The position numbers were made by a program, and so were the translations under genes. Below are positions 8,346 to 17,664 of a stretch of 64,000 nucleotides of DNA, piece after piece (the first letter of the stretch is position 1; each line of letters opens with the position of its first letter). The DNA lies in assembly GCA_963754925.1 (NCBI GenBank), contig CAVWHX010000011.1:96001-160000 (forward strand), written 5' to 3'. The notes beneath the pieces were generated by a model. It made no database searches. It saw only the letters and a program-made list of their open reading frames with translations, and was not told the DNA's origin. This DNA is from an uncultured delta proteobacterium (GTDB taxonomy: Bacteria > Myxococcota > B64-G9).

Positions 8346-10394
8346 TTAACTAAGGGCAGCAGATGGAGTTTGTCTATCCGCCAACGGGTTCAATGCCTTG
8401 TATACAGCTTCTGAGAGTTCACTTGCCACCATGGGTTTCATCACCATCTCCCGGATGCCGATATCCCTGATCCTTTCAGGCGAAATTCCCTGACCGAAAC
8501 CGGTGCACAGCACAATGGGGATGTCAGGCCTGATTTTCAGAAGCTTTTCTGAGAGTTCAAGGCCCGTCATCTTGGGCATGGTCAAATCCGTCAGGACAAG
8601 ATCGAATACATTCGGATCGGATGTGAATAACTCGAGGGCCTTGAGGGGACTGGTGGTTGAAGTTATCTCGTACCCGAGCTGTTCAAGTATCCCGCGGCCC
8701 GAGACGATGACCCCCTCTTCATCATCAACGAAAAGAATCCTTCCTCTACCTGCCTTCACGAGGGTATTCAGAGCGTGAGCCTCAACCGTCATTCCTTCGT
8801 ACAAGGGGAGAAGAATGTTGAACGTGGTTCCTCTGCCGGGATCGCTATAAACGGAAATAGCCCCTCCCATATCATGTACTATGCCATGGACAACCGACAG
8901 ACCCATACCGGTACCCTCCCCTCGCTCCTTTGTGGTGAAGAATGGGTCGAAGATACGGTTGATGATTTCCTTTGGAATGCCGCATCCGGTATCGGTAACG
9001 CTCAATCGAAGGTATCGGCCTCGCCGCAACCCTTTAAAATCCAGTTCTGCATCGTCATCAAGTTCCACCTCTGCAAGTCGAATAGCAAGTATGCCGCCTT
9101 TTTCCTTCATGGCATAGGCGGCATTGCTGCAGAGGTTCATAATAACCTGGTGGATATGAGTGGGATCAGCGACTATCGTACTGGTAGAAACGGGGAAATC
9201 TTCTCTGATTTCAATAGTCACGGGCAAAGAGGCCCTGAGGAATTTCAGGGTCTCTTTAATGATCGGGACCGGCAACAGGGGTTCTCTTTTGATGACGGTC
9301 TGGCGGCTAAACGTTAGTATTTGTTTTACCAGGTCTCTGGCCCTGATCCCAGCCGTGAAGATTTCATCCAGCGCATTTTCAATAATCTCCCGGTCATCAA
9401 GCTTCATCTTGGCAAATTCGGTGAAACCTAGAATAGAAGAGAGAATATTGTTGAAATCATGGGCGATGCCGCCAGCCAGGGATCCAATTGCTTCCATTTT
9501 ATACGATTGCTGAAGCCGTTCTTCGAGTTTTATCCTTTCCTCCTCGGCATGTTTTCGGGCCGTGATGTCTCTTGACACCAGGACCCCGGTCAATGTTCCC
9601 TGCATATCGATGAGCTTGCCTTCTGTTTCGAGCCAGATGTAGCCACGGGAGGGGTGCAGGTAGCGAAAATCGGCCCTCGCGATACCCCTGCTCTTCGCTG
9701 CTTTGTCGACGGTCGCCCGCAACCCCGGAAGGTCATCGGGGTGGACGTGCTCGAACATGCTCGTGCCGACAACTTCCTCTCCCCGCTCGAGCACCCGCTT
9801 GTGCGAAGGGGATACGAAGGTGTAGTTGCCCAAGATATCGGTGGTGAAGATCATATCCGTGATGTTGTCCGTGATGAGGCGATATCTCGCCTCGCTCTCG
9901 CGCAGCAACTTCTCAGCCTGTTGGCGCGCGCGGATGTCGCGGGTAATGGACACGACGTGCAAGACACCCTGAAGCCTTATGACTCGTGCCGACATCAGGG
10001 CAGTGGCGACACTCCCATCTTTTATTCTAAACTGCGCCTCAAGGTTTTCGTAGTATCCTTTGGACCTCAGAACGTGCACTAGTTTTTTTCGCTCAGTTGG
10101 ATTATGCCATATATCGATCTCCACTGATGTCTTTCCAAAGACGTCTTCCTTCGTGAAACCCGTTAAGGCAGTGAACCCTTCATTGATATCAACATACAAC
10201 CCATCCTCCAGTTGGTTGATACATATTGAATCCGGACTGGTATTAAAGGCCAGGCGGAATCGTTCCTCGGTAGCCCTAAGATCCTCCTCTGCCCGCTTGC
10301 ACTTGGATGCTGAATCTTCCAATTCAGCGATCCGCTTACGTGCTTCAACCAGCTCTTCCATGAGTTGGGCTTTTGTTTTATTTTCGTCTTTCAC
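8346..10394 (-). CDS. Hybrid sensor histidine kinase (2x PAS, HisKA, HATPase, receiver)
   Basis: AGGIAHDFNNIL, NLCSNA, DTGCG, FDPFFTTK, GTGMGL, FVDDE, DLTMP; start uncertain (GTG 10394 or 10475). Confidence 0.93.
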   Translation of the reverse strand: MKDENKTKAQLMEELVEARKRIAELEDSASKCKRAEEDLRATEERFRLAFNTSPDSICINQLEDGLYVDINEGFTALTGFTKEDVFGKTSVEIDIWHNPTERKKLVHVLRSKGYYENLEAQFRIKDGSVATALMSARVIRLQGVLHVVSITRDIRARQQAEKLLRESEARYRLITDNITDMIFTTDILGNYTFVSPSHKRVLERGEEVVGTSMFEHVHPDDLPGLRATVDKAAKSRGIARADFRYLHPSRGYIWLETEGKLIDMQGTLTGVLVSRDITARKHAEEERIKLEERLQQSYKMEAIGSLAGGIAHDFNNILSSILGFTEFAKMKLDDREIIENALDEIFTAGIRARDLVKQILTFSRQTVIKREPLLPVPIIKETLKFLRASLPVTIEIREDFPVSTSTIVADPTHIHQVIMNLCSNAAYAMKEKGGILAIRLAEVELDDDAELDFKGLRRGRYLRLSVTDTGCGIPKEIINRIFDPFFTTKERGEGTGMGLSVVHGIVHDMGGAISVYSDPGRGTTFNILLPLYEGMTVEAHALNTLVKAGRGRILFVDDEEGVIVSGRGILEQLGYEITSTTSPLKALELFTSDPNVFDLVLTDLTMPKMTGLELSEKLLKIRPDIPIVLCTGFGQGISPERIRDIGIREMVMKPMVASELSEAVYKALNPLADRQTPSAALS

Positions 10395-10648
10395 GTTGGG
10401 CACCCACACGGCCAACCCCATTGCCCATCGGTAGTTGTATGCTCCTTTTATTCCCCCGCTCCCCCGACTTACCATGGTGCTTACTCAAAGTATGTTCTAT
10501 ACTAACTTCGAATTTACTTTTCTGCCAATTTTCGTAAGGAATTCTGCTAAATTGACAGGAATACTCATGACATCCGTCAATGTATCAGGCTTTCAGTTGC
10601 CTGGATAAGGAAATGGGTCTTCGTGACAGAGTTTGACAGTAGTTATCG

Positions 10649-10999
10649 TTAACCGAATGTTCCGCTATCATGTCCCCAGTGCGTGCCGGCTATATCTGTG
10701 AAGTTCAGATAGATCCGCTCGCCTGAAATTTGAGTCGCCTCGCGGATCAACTCACAGAGCCGCTGTGCGAGCACCTTGTTTGTCTTTGATGACAATCCAC
10801 CGATGCTGCGAACGTCGATAAATGCTGCAGAGCCGGGCTTGCCGGCATGGAACATGGTGACACCGTCAGCCACGATCGCTTGTACATACGTCTCGGGCTT
10901 GCCGATCACCTCGGCGCAGGCTCGTGATAATTCTGCGCACAATTGCGTTTTGACATCATCGGAGAGAGGCATATTGGTTTCTAGTCGAATGAACGGCAT
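10649..10999 (-). CDS. MIF/phenylpyruvate tautomerase family protein
   Basis: Pro after the initiator Met (MPFIRLETN), GKPETYV, SIGG, RIYLNF, WG. Confidence 0.88.
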   Translation of the reverse strand: MPFIRLETNMPLSDDVKTQLCAELSRACAEVIGKPETYVQAIVADGVTMFHAGKPGSAAFIDVRSIGGLSSKTNKVLAQRLCELIREATQISGERIYLNFTDIAGTHWGHDSGTFG

Positions 11000-11027
11000 C
11001 GGGATTCTCCTCCTTCACCATCAAGAC

Positions 11028-11960
11028 CTACCTTAATTGAATTCTGTATTTCTCAATAAGCCGTATCGGGTGGTAGGAGAGTTTCGCTTTCCGCAGGCCT
11101 TTTTCGCCCAGATCCTGCTCTCGATTGACGTAGGCGGTCTTTGCAAACGCGTGCGCGCAGAAATTTTGGTTGATCACGGCATACAAGCCCGGTTGATCAG
11201 GCGTAGCCTTCTCGATGTGCACCACCCCGGTCTCGGGATTGAGCAGCTCGCCCAGAGAAAAGGCTGCTACCCTCCCCTCGATCAAGACTACCCCTCCGAT
11301 GAGTTTGAGATGCGCCACGTGTTTCAAGGCTTCGTGAACGGCCGCGTGCTCACCAACAAGACCGAGATCCTCTGAACAATGTCGTACCCGACACCAATCG
11401 TCAGAAAGCTGAAGGCATTCATGCCGATGCGACTCCAACAACGGCGCATACGTGAATCGACCGGCGCGTCGGGCTTGGGCAAGGTGATTGCGTTTTGCGT
11501 GATACTTCTGCCCGGCCAAATCGATCAAATCGCGGGTCGCATACAGATAGTCAAAGTGCTCCCGAACCGGCGCAATCGAAAGTCCCGCGCAGCAGCCGAT
11601 CTCGGCCACGAGGCGCGCATCGGCCCGTTCGATCGTTGGATTGCTGATCCCGCGATCGTCTCGCAGGTAGCGCAAGAGCCGTAGGACAACCTCCGTGCGA
11701 GAAGCCGGTCCGATGGGCGGCAACACTTGGCACATCGCCGCAGTCGCATGACCGACCTCCCGGTCGTCTCGCGTGCAGAAGAAAAGAAGCCAATCCTGAA
11801 ATACACTCCACTTGATGCCGTAGTGCGCCCGCCAAATGAATACGTTGGTGAATGTTAACTCAGAGGTTTCGGGTCGATATCGGTCGAGCGCTGCCTGGAT
11901 CAGGTCGCGATCCTTGATCTCGAGTGCGCGGGTTTCTGGAAAAATCGGAATATTTTTCAT
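11028..11960 (-). CDS. DUF2156 / aminoacyl-phosphatidylglycerol synthase C-terminal-like protein
   Basis: SELTFTN, DYLY..DLIDLAGQKYHAKRNH, HIEKA, NREQDLGEKGLRKAKLSYHP. Confidence 0.85.
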   Translation of the reverse strand: MKNIPIFPETRALEIKDRDLIQAALDRYRPETSELTFTNVFIWRAHYGIKWSVFQDWLLFFCTRDDREVGHATAAMCQVLPPIGPASRTEVVLRLLRYLRDDRGISNPTIERADARLVAEIGCCAGLSIAPVREHFDYLYATRDLIDLAGQKYHAKRNHLAQARRAGRFTYAPLLESHRHECLQLSDDWCRVRHCSEDLGLVGEHAAVHEALKHVAHLKLIGGVVLIEGRVAAFSLGELLNPETGVVHIEKATPDQPGLYAVINQNFCAHAFAKTAYVNREQDLGEKGLRKAKLSYHPIRLIEKYRIQLR

Positions 11961-12174
11961 CGCGAAAGCATGCCTCAAGGTTCGCAAACCGCCACGCATC
12001 AATAGACCACGGCTTCTCATGGCAAGTCAACCGAAGCGGCATTCAAGACATCTTCCTACGGGGAACTCAGGGCCCTTGTTCGCCGCGAGATTGTGTGCTT
12101 TTCATACGACGTGACGGGAAGAATCCTTCCGGAGCTCTTGCATACTTCCGGTGATCGACTGGTACGGAGCGAGG

Positions 12175-14499
12175 ATGGTTACACCTTACGAAACGAACAT
12201 CGTTCCGATTTTGGCTGCCGAGTTATCTCTGCCGGCGCGAAACATCGAGGCAACGCTCAGATTGCTTGCCGAGGGCGGCACGGTTCCGTTTATCGCACGC
12301 TACCGCAAGGAAGCAACCGGCAGCCTCGATGAGGTTCAAATCCGCGCCATCGAGGAGCGCAACGCCTACCTCAGCGAGCTCGATCAGCGCCGTCAGGCGA
12401 TTGTGGAAGCAATCGCAAAGCAGGACAAACTATCCGACGACCTTCACGCAAAAATCCTCGCCTGCACCACCAAGTCGGCGCTGGAAGATCTCTACCTTCC
12501 CTACAAACCCAAGCGCCGCACCCGGGCAACCATCGCCCGCGAGAAAGGCCTTGAACCCCTGGCCGAGCGAATATGGCAACAACCGCTTGACGGCGATCCG
12601 TACCGTGAGGCACAAGCCTGCCGTGACGTCGATAAAGGAGTTGTCGACGCGGACGCGGCGCTCGCCGGCGCGCGTGATATTGTCGCCGAACGCATGTCGG
12701 AAGACGCCGAGGTGCGCACCCGGGTGCGAGCTTTATTCACCACGGAAGGACGGGTTTGCTCCGAAGCCGTCCCCAAAAAAACACAGCAGCCGACTAAATT
12801 TGAGCAATACTACAACTTCAGCGAGGCAGTCGCCACCATCCCCTCGCATCGGTTTCTGGCAATTCAGCGTGGGGTCAATGAGGGTATTTTAAGAGTGCGG
12901 GTGGAAGTCGCCCCTGATCGCATTCTGCCGCCCATCCTAACGAAACTTCGGCACAACCCCGACTCGCCTTTTGCCGAGCAACTCTCTCTCGCGGTGCAAG
13001 ACGGCGTCGATCGGTTGTTGCTGCGAAGCCTCGAGACCGATGTCCTGGCGGATCTTAAGGTGGCTTCCGATCGCACCGCCGTGGAGGTTTTTGCCCGTAA
13101 CCTCCGCAACCTTCTCCTGGCGGCGCCGCTCGGGGCCAAACCGGTGCTGGGGATCGACCCGGGGCTGCGCACCGGTTGTAAGTGCGCGGCGCTTGACGAA
13201 ACCGGCACGTTTCTCGAAACCACGACCATCTTCCCAACCCAAGGCAAACAACGGGCTGCGGCCGCCAAGCAGGAGCTCGTCGCACTTATCGGCAAGCACC
13301 AACCGTTTGCCATCGCCATCGGCAACGGCACGGCGGGACGGGAGACAGAAGCATTTGTCCGCACAGTCATTTTCGAGGCCGGGGTTAAGGATACCGTCGT
13401 CATCATGGTCAGCGAGGCCGGGGCGAGCGTTTACTCGGCGTCAGAGATTGCCCGCGAGGAGTTCCCCGATCTCGATGTCACGGTGCGCGGGGCCATATCG
13501 ATCGGCCGACGCCTCCAAGACCCGCTTGCCGAATTAGTGAAAATCGATCCGAAAGCAATCGGCGTTGGACAGTACCAGCACGATGTGCATCAAACGTTGC
13601 TTCAGCACAAACTTGAGGAAGTCATAGAAAGCTGCGTCAACCGGGTCGGCGTTGAGCTCAACACCGCGAGCGCCGCCCTGCTTTCCCGGGTGGCGGGAAT
13701 CGGCCCGGCGTTGGCAAAAAAAATTATCCTTCACCGCCAGCAACACGGGGCTTTCCAAAATCGCCAGAAGCTTCTTAAGGTCCCCGGCCTTGGTCCGCGC
13801 ACCTTCGAGCAGGCTGCCGGTTTTCTACGAATACACGGCGGTAGTCATCCGCTCGACGCCTCGGCGGTGCATCCCGAACGCTATGATCTGGTCGAGAAGA
13901 TTGCGCGTGACCTCACGGTTACTCTTGATAAACTCGCGGGCAACACCGCGCTTGCCGACCAGATTCCTATCCAGCGTTACATCGGAGAGCAGGTCGGCGA
14001 GCCGACCCTGCGCGATATCATCGACGAGCTAAAAAAGCCGGGACGGGATCCGCGGGAGAAATTCGAGCCGCTGAAGTTTCGTGACGGCGCCACGACCCTC
14101 GCTGACCTTAAACCGGGAATGGTGCTCGAAGGCCAGGTGACCAACGTGACCGCTTTTGGGGCTTTCGTCGATGTGGGAGTACACCGAGACGGGCTGGTGC
14201 ATATCTCTCAATTATCGGATCGTTTCATTAAGGATCCGCACGAGGTCGTCAAAGTCGGCACTCGCCTCACGGTGCGGGTTCTGGAGGTAGACCTGGCCCG
14301 CGAAAAGCTCTCGCTAACCGCTAAGAGCGATCAATCAACGGCCCCACCGACAAAAAGAAAAACACCTGAAAAGCATTTCCCAAAAGACAAACCAAAGGTA
14401 AACGCGGCGAGCGACACCAAAGAACCCAATTCTGTTAGGAAGTCAGATAAAATGTTTAGCTTCAACCCCTTCGCCACTGCGCTGAAACCAAAACGGTAG
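12175..14499 (+). CDS. tex: Tex transcription accessory protein
   Basis: TVPFIARYRKEATG, LEDLYLPYKPKRRT, GIDPGLRTGCK, GVGQYQHDV, C-terminal S1 domain. Confidence 0.96.
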   Translation: MVTPYETNIVPILAAELSLPARNIEATLRLLAEGGTVPFIARYRKEATGSLDEVQIRAIEERNAYLSELDQRRQAIVEAIAKQDKLSDDLHAKILACTTKSALEDLYLPYKPKRRTRATIAREKGLEPLAERIWQQPLDGDPYREAQACRDVDKGVVDADAALAGARDIVAERMSEDAEVRTRVRALFTTEGRVCSEAVPKKTQQPTKFEQYYNFSEAVATIPSHRFLAIQRGVNEGILRVRVEVAPDRILPPILTKLRHNPDSPFAEQLSLAVQDGVDRLLLRSLETDVLADLKVASDRTAVEVFARNLRNLLLAAPLGAKPVLGIDPGLRTGCKCAALDETGTFLETTTIFPTQGKQRAAAAKQELVALIGKHQPFAIAIGNGTAGRETEAFVRTVIFEAGVKDTVVIMVSEAGASVYSASEIAREEFPDLDVTVRGAISIGRRLQDPLAELVKIDPKAIGVGQYQHDVHQTLLQHKLEEVIESCVNRVGVELNTASAALLSRVAGIGPALAKKIILHRQQHGAFQNRQKLLKVPGLGPRTFEQAAGFLRIHGGSHPLDASAVHPERYDLVEKIARDLTVTLDKLAGNTALADQIPIQRYIGEQVGEPTLRDIIDELKKPGRDPREKFEPLKFRDGATTLADLKPGMVLEGQVTNVTAFGAFVDVGVHRDGLVHISQLSDRFIKDPHEVVKVGTRLTVRVLEVDLAREKLSLTAKSDQSTAPPTKRKTPEKHFPKDKPKVNAASDTKEPNSVRKSDKMFSFNPFATALKPKR

Positions 14500-14501
14500 T
14501 T

Positions 14502-14818
14502 GTAGGGGCGCAGGCACCCCTAAGCTCGCTTTCCTGTCAGAGACAGGAAAGCACGCCAAGGGGTGCCTGGCGAACCGCCCCTACCGAGGAACACCTTCCG
14601 GCATTGTCGACATAATTCGGATTGTCATGGTAGGGGCAGGGCTTGCCCTGCCCTCATTCGGCGCCCAATTGGGGCGCAGCAAGCAGCGCCCCTACCGGGG
14701 AAACCATCTGAAATCGTCGATATTCACGGTATCGTCGTCGTAGGGGCGGGTTTCAAACCCGCCCCTACCGGGAACCGTGCGTGATGATTGGTAGAGGCGG
14801 TTCGCGAACCGCCCCTAC
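14502..14818. repeat. Cluster of GTAG-type REP-like palindromes
   Basis: GTAGGGGCG...GCCCCTAC hairpins at 14502-14584, ~14630-14695, 14740-14768 and 14791-14818, between convergent genes. Confidence 0.85.
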
Positions 14819-16192
14819 TCGCTCTTTTTTAAGAGATATCGATACTGCTGATACGATACCGCCAGGCCGCGGACCGCCTCCTCGAGCGATTCAAACACCG
14901 GGATTTGATATTTGGTTCTAATCTCGAGAATTCTATCAACGGCATTGGGAATATAGATTGCAGCCGGTTTTTGATATTTCTTGCACATGGCGACCAGCTC
15001 TCGAATTCCCTCAATAACAATCTCCTGCCAAACATTCGGAACCGGCAGAAGCCCGTCAATTTCATCGGAAGAAAGCAGAATATCATAAATATCAAGAAAC
15101 GTTTGAAGCGACAGCGTTGGTCCTAGGTCAATCGGATTTGAGGCGTTGTATAGGGTCCCTGTTTGTTTGAGTTTTTCCTGTGTGGTTTTTGATATCGATG
15201 CAATTTCCAGTCCGTTTTCCACCAAAAGATCCAAGGTAATGCCGCCGAATGCCCCTGAATTGGTGATCATCGCGATCTTCTTTCCTCTCAGGGGAGGCAT
15301 ATGAGTGAATATCTTGGGAAGAGCATGGAGCTCACTTATCGATCGCAGTCGTAGTATCCCGGCTTGTTTACAGGCATGCTCGAAGACGATATCATTGTTG
15401 ATCATACCGGCGGTGTGCGACGTCGCCGCCTTGGCTCCTTCCGCGGTCCTTCCTACTTTAAACACCAGAATGGGTTTTTTGACTTTTTGAGCGGTTTCAA
15501 ATAATTTTCTTCCGTGTTGAACGTTCTCTAAATACATGCCGATGACTTTGGTGTTATCGGAATCGAAGTATTCAAGAAGATCAGACTCGTCGATATCAGC
15601 CTTATTTCCGATACTCGCCATTTTTAATACTTTGGCGACATCAGTCCTGCCCGCATCCAGAATGAGTGCGCCGACGCCCCCGCTTTGAATGACATAGGAG
15701 ACTTCTCCGGGCAGGACATTCTCAAAACCACTGAACATGCTGACGCCCGGCATCGCTCCGTAAAAACAGATGAATTTATTATCGGTATTAAGGATTCCGA
15801 GGCAGTTTGGCCCAAGATACCTGATGCCGTACTGTTGAGCTAAGCTATCCACCTCCTGTTGAATCCTCAACCCCTCCTCTCCACTTTCAGAAAAACCGGC
15901 GCTTTCAATAATAATATGTTTTATACCTTTTTGACCGCATTCTTTTACAAATTTTGGAACAACTTCCGCGGGAGTTATGATTACCGCGAGTTCTATAGGG
16001 CCGGGAATGTCAACAACCGAGCGATAGCCTTTACATCCTGCGACGTCTTCGCCTTTTCTGTTGACCGCATAAACATCGGCGTTATAGTTAATACTTTAAG
16101 ATATTGCATATGGTCGCACCCAGATTAAACATTGCATTTGAAGCGCCAATGACCACGATCTGTTTTGGATAAAAAAATGACTCCAGTGTCAT
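14815..16192 (-). pseudogene. ADP-forming acyl-CoA synthetase alpha subunit, frameshifted
   Basis: MTLESFFYPKQIVVIGAS... stops at ~16089; a shifted frame continues NADVYAVN...ESAGFSE...GPNCLG...QSGG...SHTAG...NPIDL. Confidence 0.8.
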
Positions 16193-16330
16193 AGGGAACT
16201 CTCAATGAGCGATAACCAGCGATGTTAAAGATCCCATCGGCATCCGGATCAAGGCTCTCGCCGCATCCAGCGTTGGATGTGGCGTTAGATCGGTTCTACC
16301 CTCTTCTATGAGACAGTCAAGAAAAAAAGG

Positions 16331-16598
16331 GGTGGTGTCTCGTTTTGAGGCTTACGGGTATTCGTCGAACGACACGCGACCGAAACATATTAATCCCTAA
16401 AGGGATAAGAGCCCGTAAAGCTCACCGCATTCGCTAACGGGCTCTAACCGCTAAACATTGTAGTATTCATCATGAACATGAGACCTGGGTGCTAGAGCTT
16501 GTTGCCGAACATAGTGAGGTTTACAAGCTCTTGTCCCCTTGTGGGATAGACGGTCGCCTGCCGAACACCCGTAAGCCTCTGCAAACCGAGACACTGCT
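16331..16598. mobile_element. MITE with IS1-like ends
   Basis: Ends GGTGGTGTCTCGTTTTG and (reverse complement) AGCAGTGTCTCGGTTTG, sub-terminal IR GAGGCTTACGGGT(A/G)TTCG, 8-bp direct repeat AAAAAAGG on both flanks. Confidence 0.75.
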
Positions 16599-16847
16599 AA
16601 AAAAGGAACTGCCGCTAGGACCTCACGAAACGATTTTCGAATGAGTACCGATTCTTCCGTATAGGCGGCCTCCGCTCAATCGGACCTTTTTTTTTACCCC
16701 TCTCGAGAAACTCAAGTCTCCCGCATCTTCTTTCCGAGTTCTTCGAGGACCTCGCGGTAGGCCTCATGAATGCGCGATCGATCATCCATACGCATGAACC
16801 TTTTCAGAAGCTCCCTTTTATTCTCAACGTGCCTTCTGATGCTCTCT

Positions 16848-17471
16848 TCATCCACGGCATTGAACATAAACCTCGATCATCCGTCGGCGCAGGGAGCGGT
16901 TGGTGTTCGACAGCAGCAGGTACATAGTGTTATTGGCCGTTTCCGCCACTATGTCCTGGCTTAAGAGCTCGTACTCGACAACCTTTTCTTTGTCGGAGAT
17001 ATCTCTCAGCTCATCTTCCAGGATATCCATCATGGCCTTCACATCCCTGGGTGAGAAGCGCTGTATGGCAAGTCTCAGCATCTCAGGCATGATGCCGACC
17101 CAAAAGTCCCATATCTCCGCCATAATGTATTCGTCAAACTTCGTTTCCCGTTGGTCATTCTCCATGTGGTCGAACAAGGCGGCGATGAACTCGATACCGG
17201 CATGTTTTAAGTAATCCCGGACATAGATGCCATCACCCTGGCGGATATTGAGGACACCCATCGATTCGAGATGTTTGAGCGCAACCCGGAGTGATGAACG
17301 ATCGACCTTCATATCTTGAGCGAGCTGGCGTTCGGTGGGAAGTTTTGATCCGGGCCTGACATTGTTAAAAAAAATCTGCTGGATAAGGACGCCAACGACA
17401 CGCTCGTACGGTTGCTGATTTTTCCTTATAGATTTTTCTTGAATGGTTATTGCCTTCCTTTCGGCGACCAT
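16848..17471 (-). CDS. GntR/FadR-family regulator, C-terminus possibly frameshifted
   Basis: PGSKLPTERQLAQDMKVDRSSLRVAL...RQGDGIYV winged HTH; a shifted frame continues as helical-looking sequence to 16712. Confidence 0.82.
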   Translation of the reverse strand: MVAERKAITIQEKSIRKNQQPYERVVGVLIQQIFFNNVRPGSKLPTERQLAQDMKVDRSSLRVALKHLESMGVLNIRQGDGIYVRDYLKHAGIEFIAALFDHMENDQRETKFDEYIMAEIWDFWVGIMPEMLRLAIQRFSPRDVKAMMDILEDELRDISDKEKVVEYELLSQDIVAETANNTMYLLLSNTNRSLRRRMIEVYVQCRG

Positions 17472-17664
17472 CGGCTGTTCCTTCCCTTACTTCTAGAGAC
17501 ACCTGATTCCCGTAACTTTAGGTAAAACAATAGTTATTTACTTCTGTAACCCTTGATTCTTACAGCACGTCATAGTTTTGAGACGCACTGTAGCTTGGAA
17601 AAAACCCGTCGTCAATGACTATTTTGAACACTATGTCAGTTTTTATCTACGAGGCAAACTCGGC

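Noticed and set aside
14563..14784. 73-aa ORF, and a possible CRISPR array
   Set aside because: Made of REP-like palindromes; the units vary in sequence and spacing, and no cas genes are present
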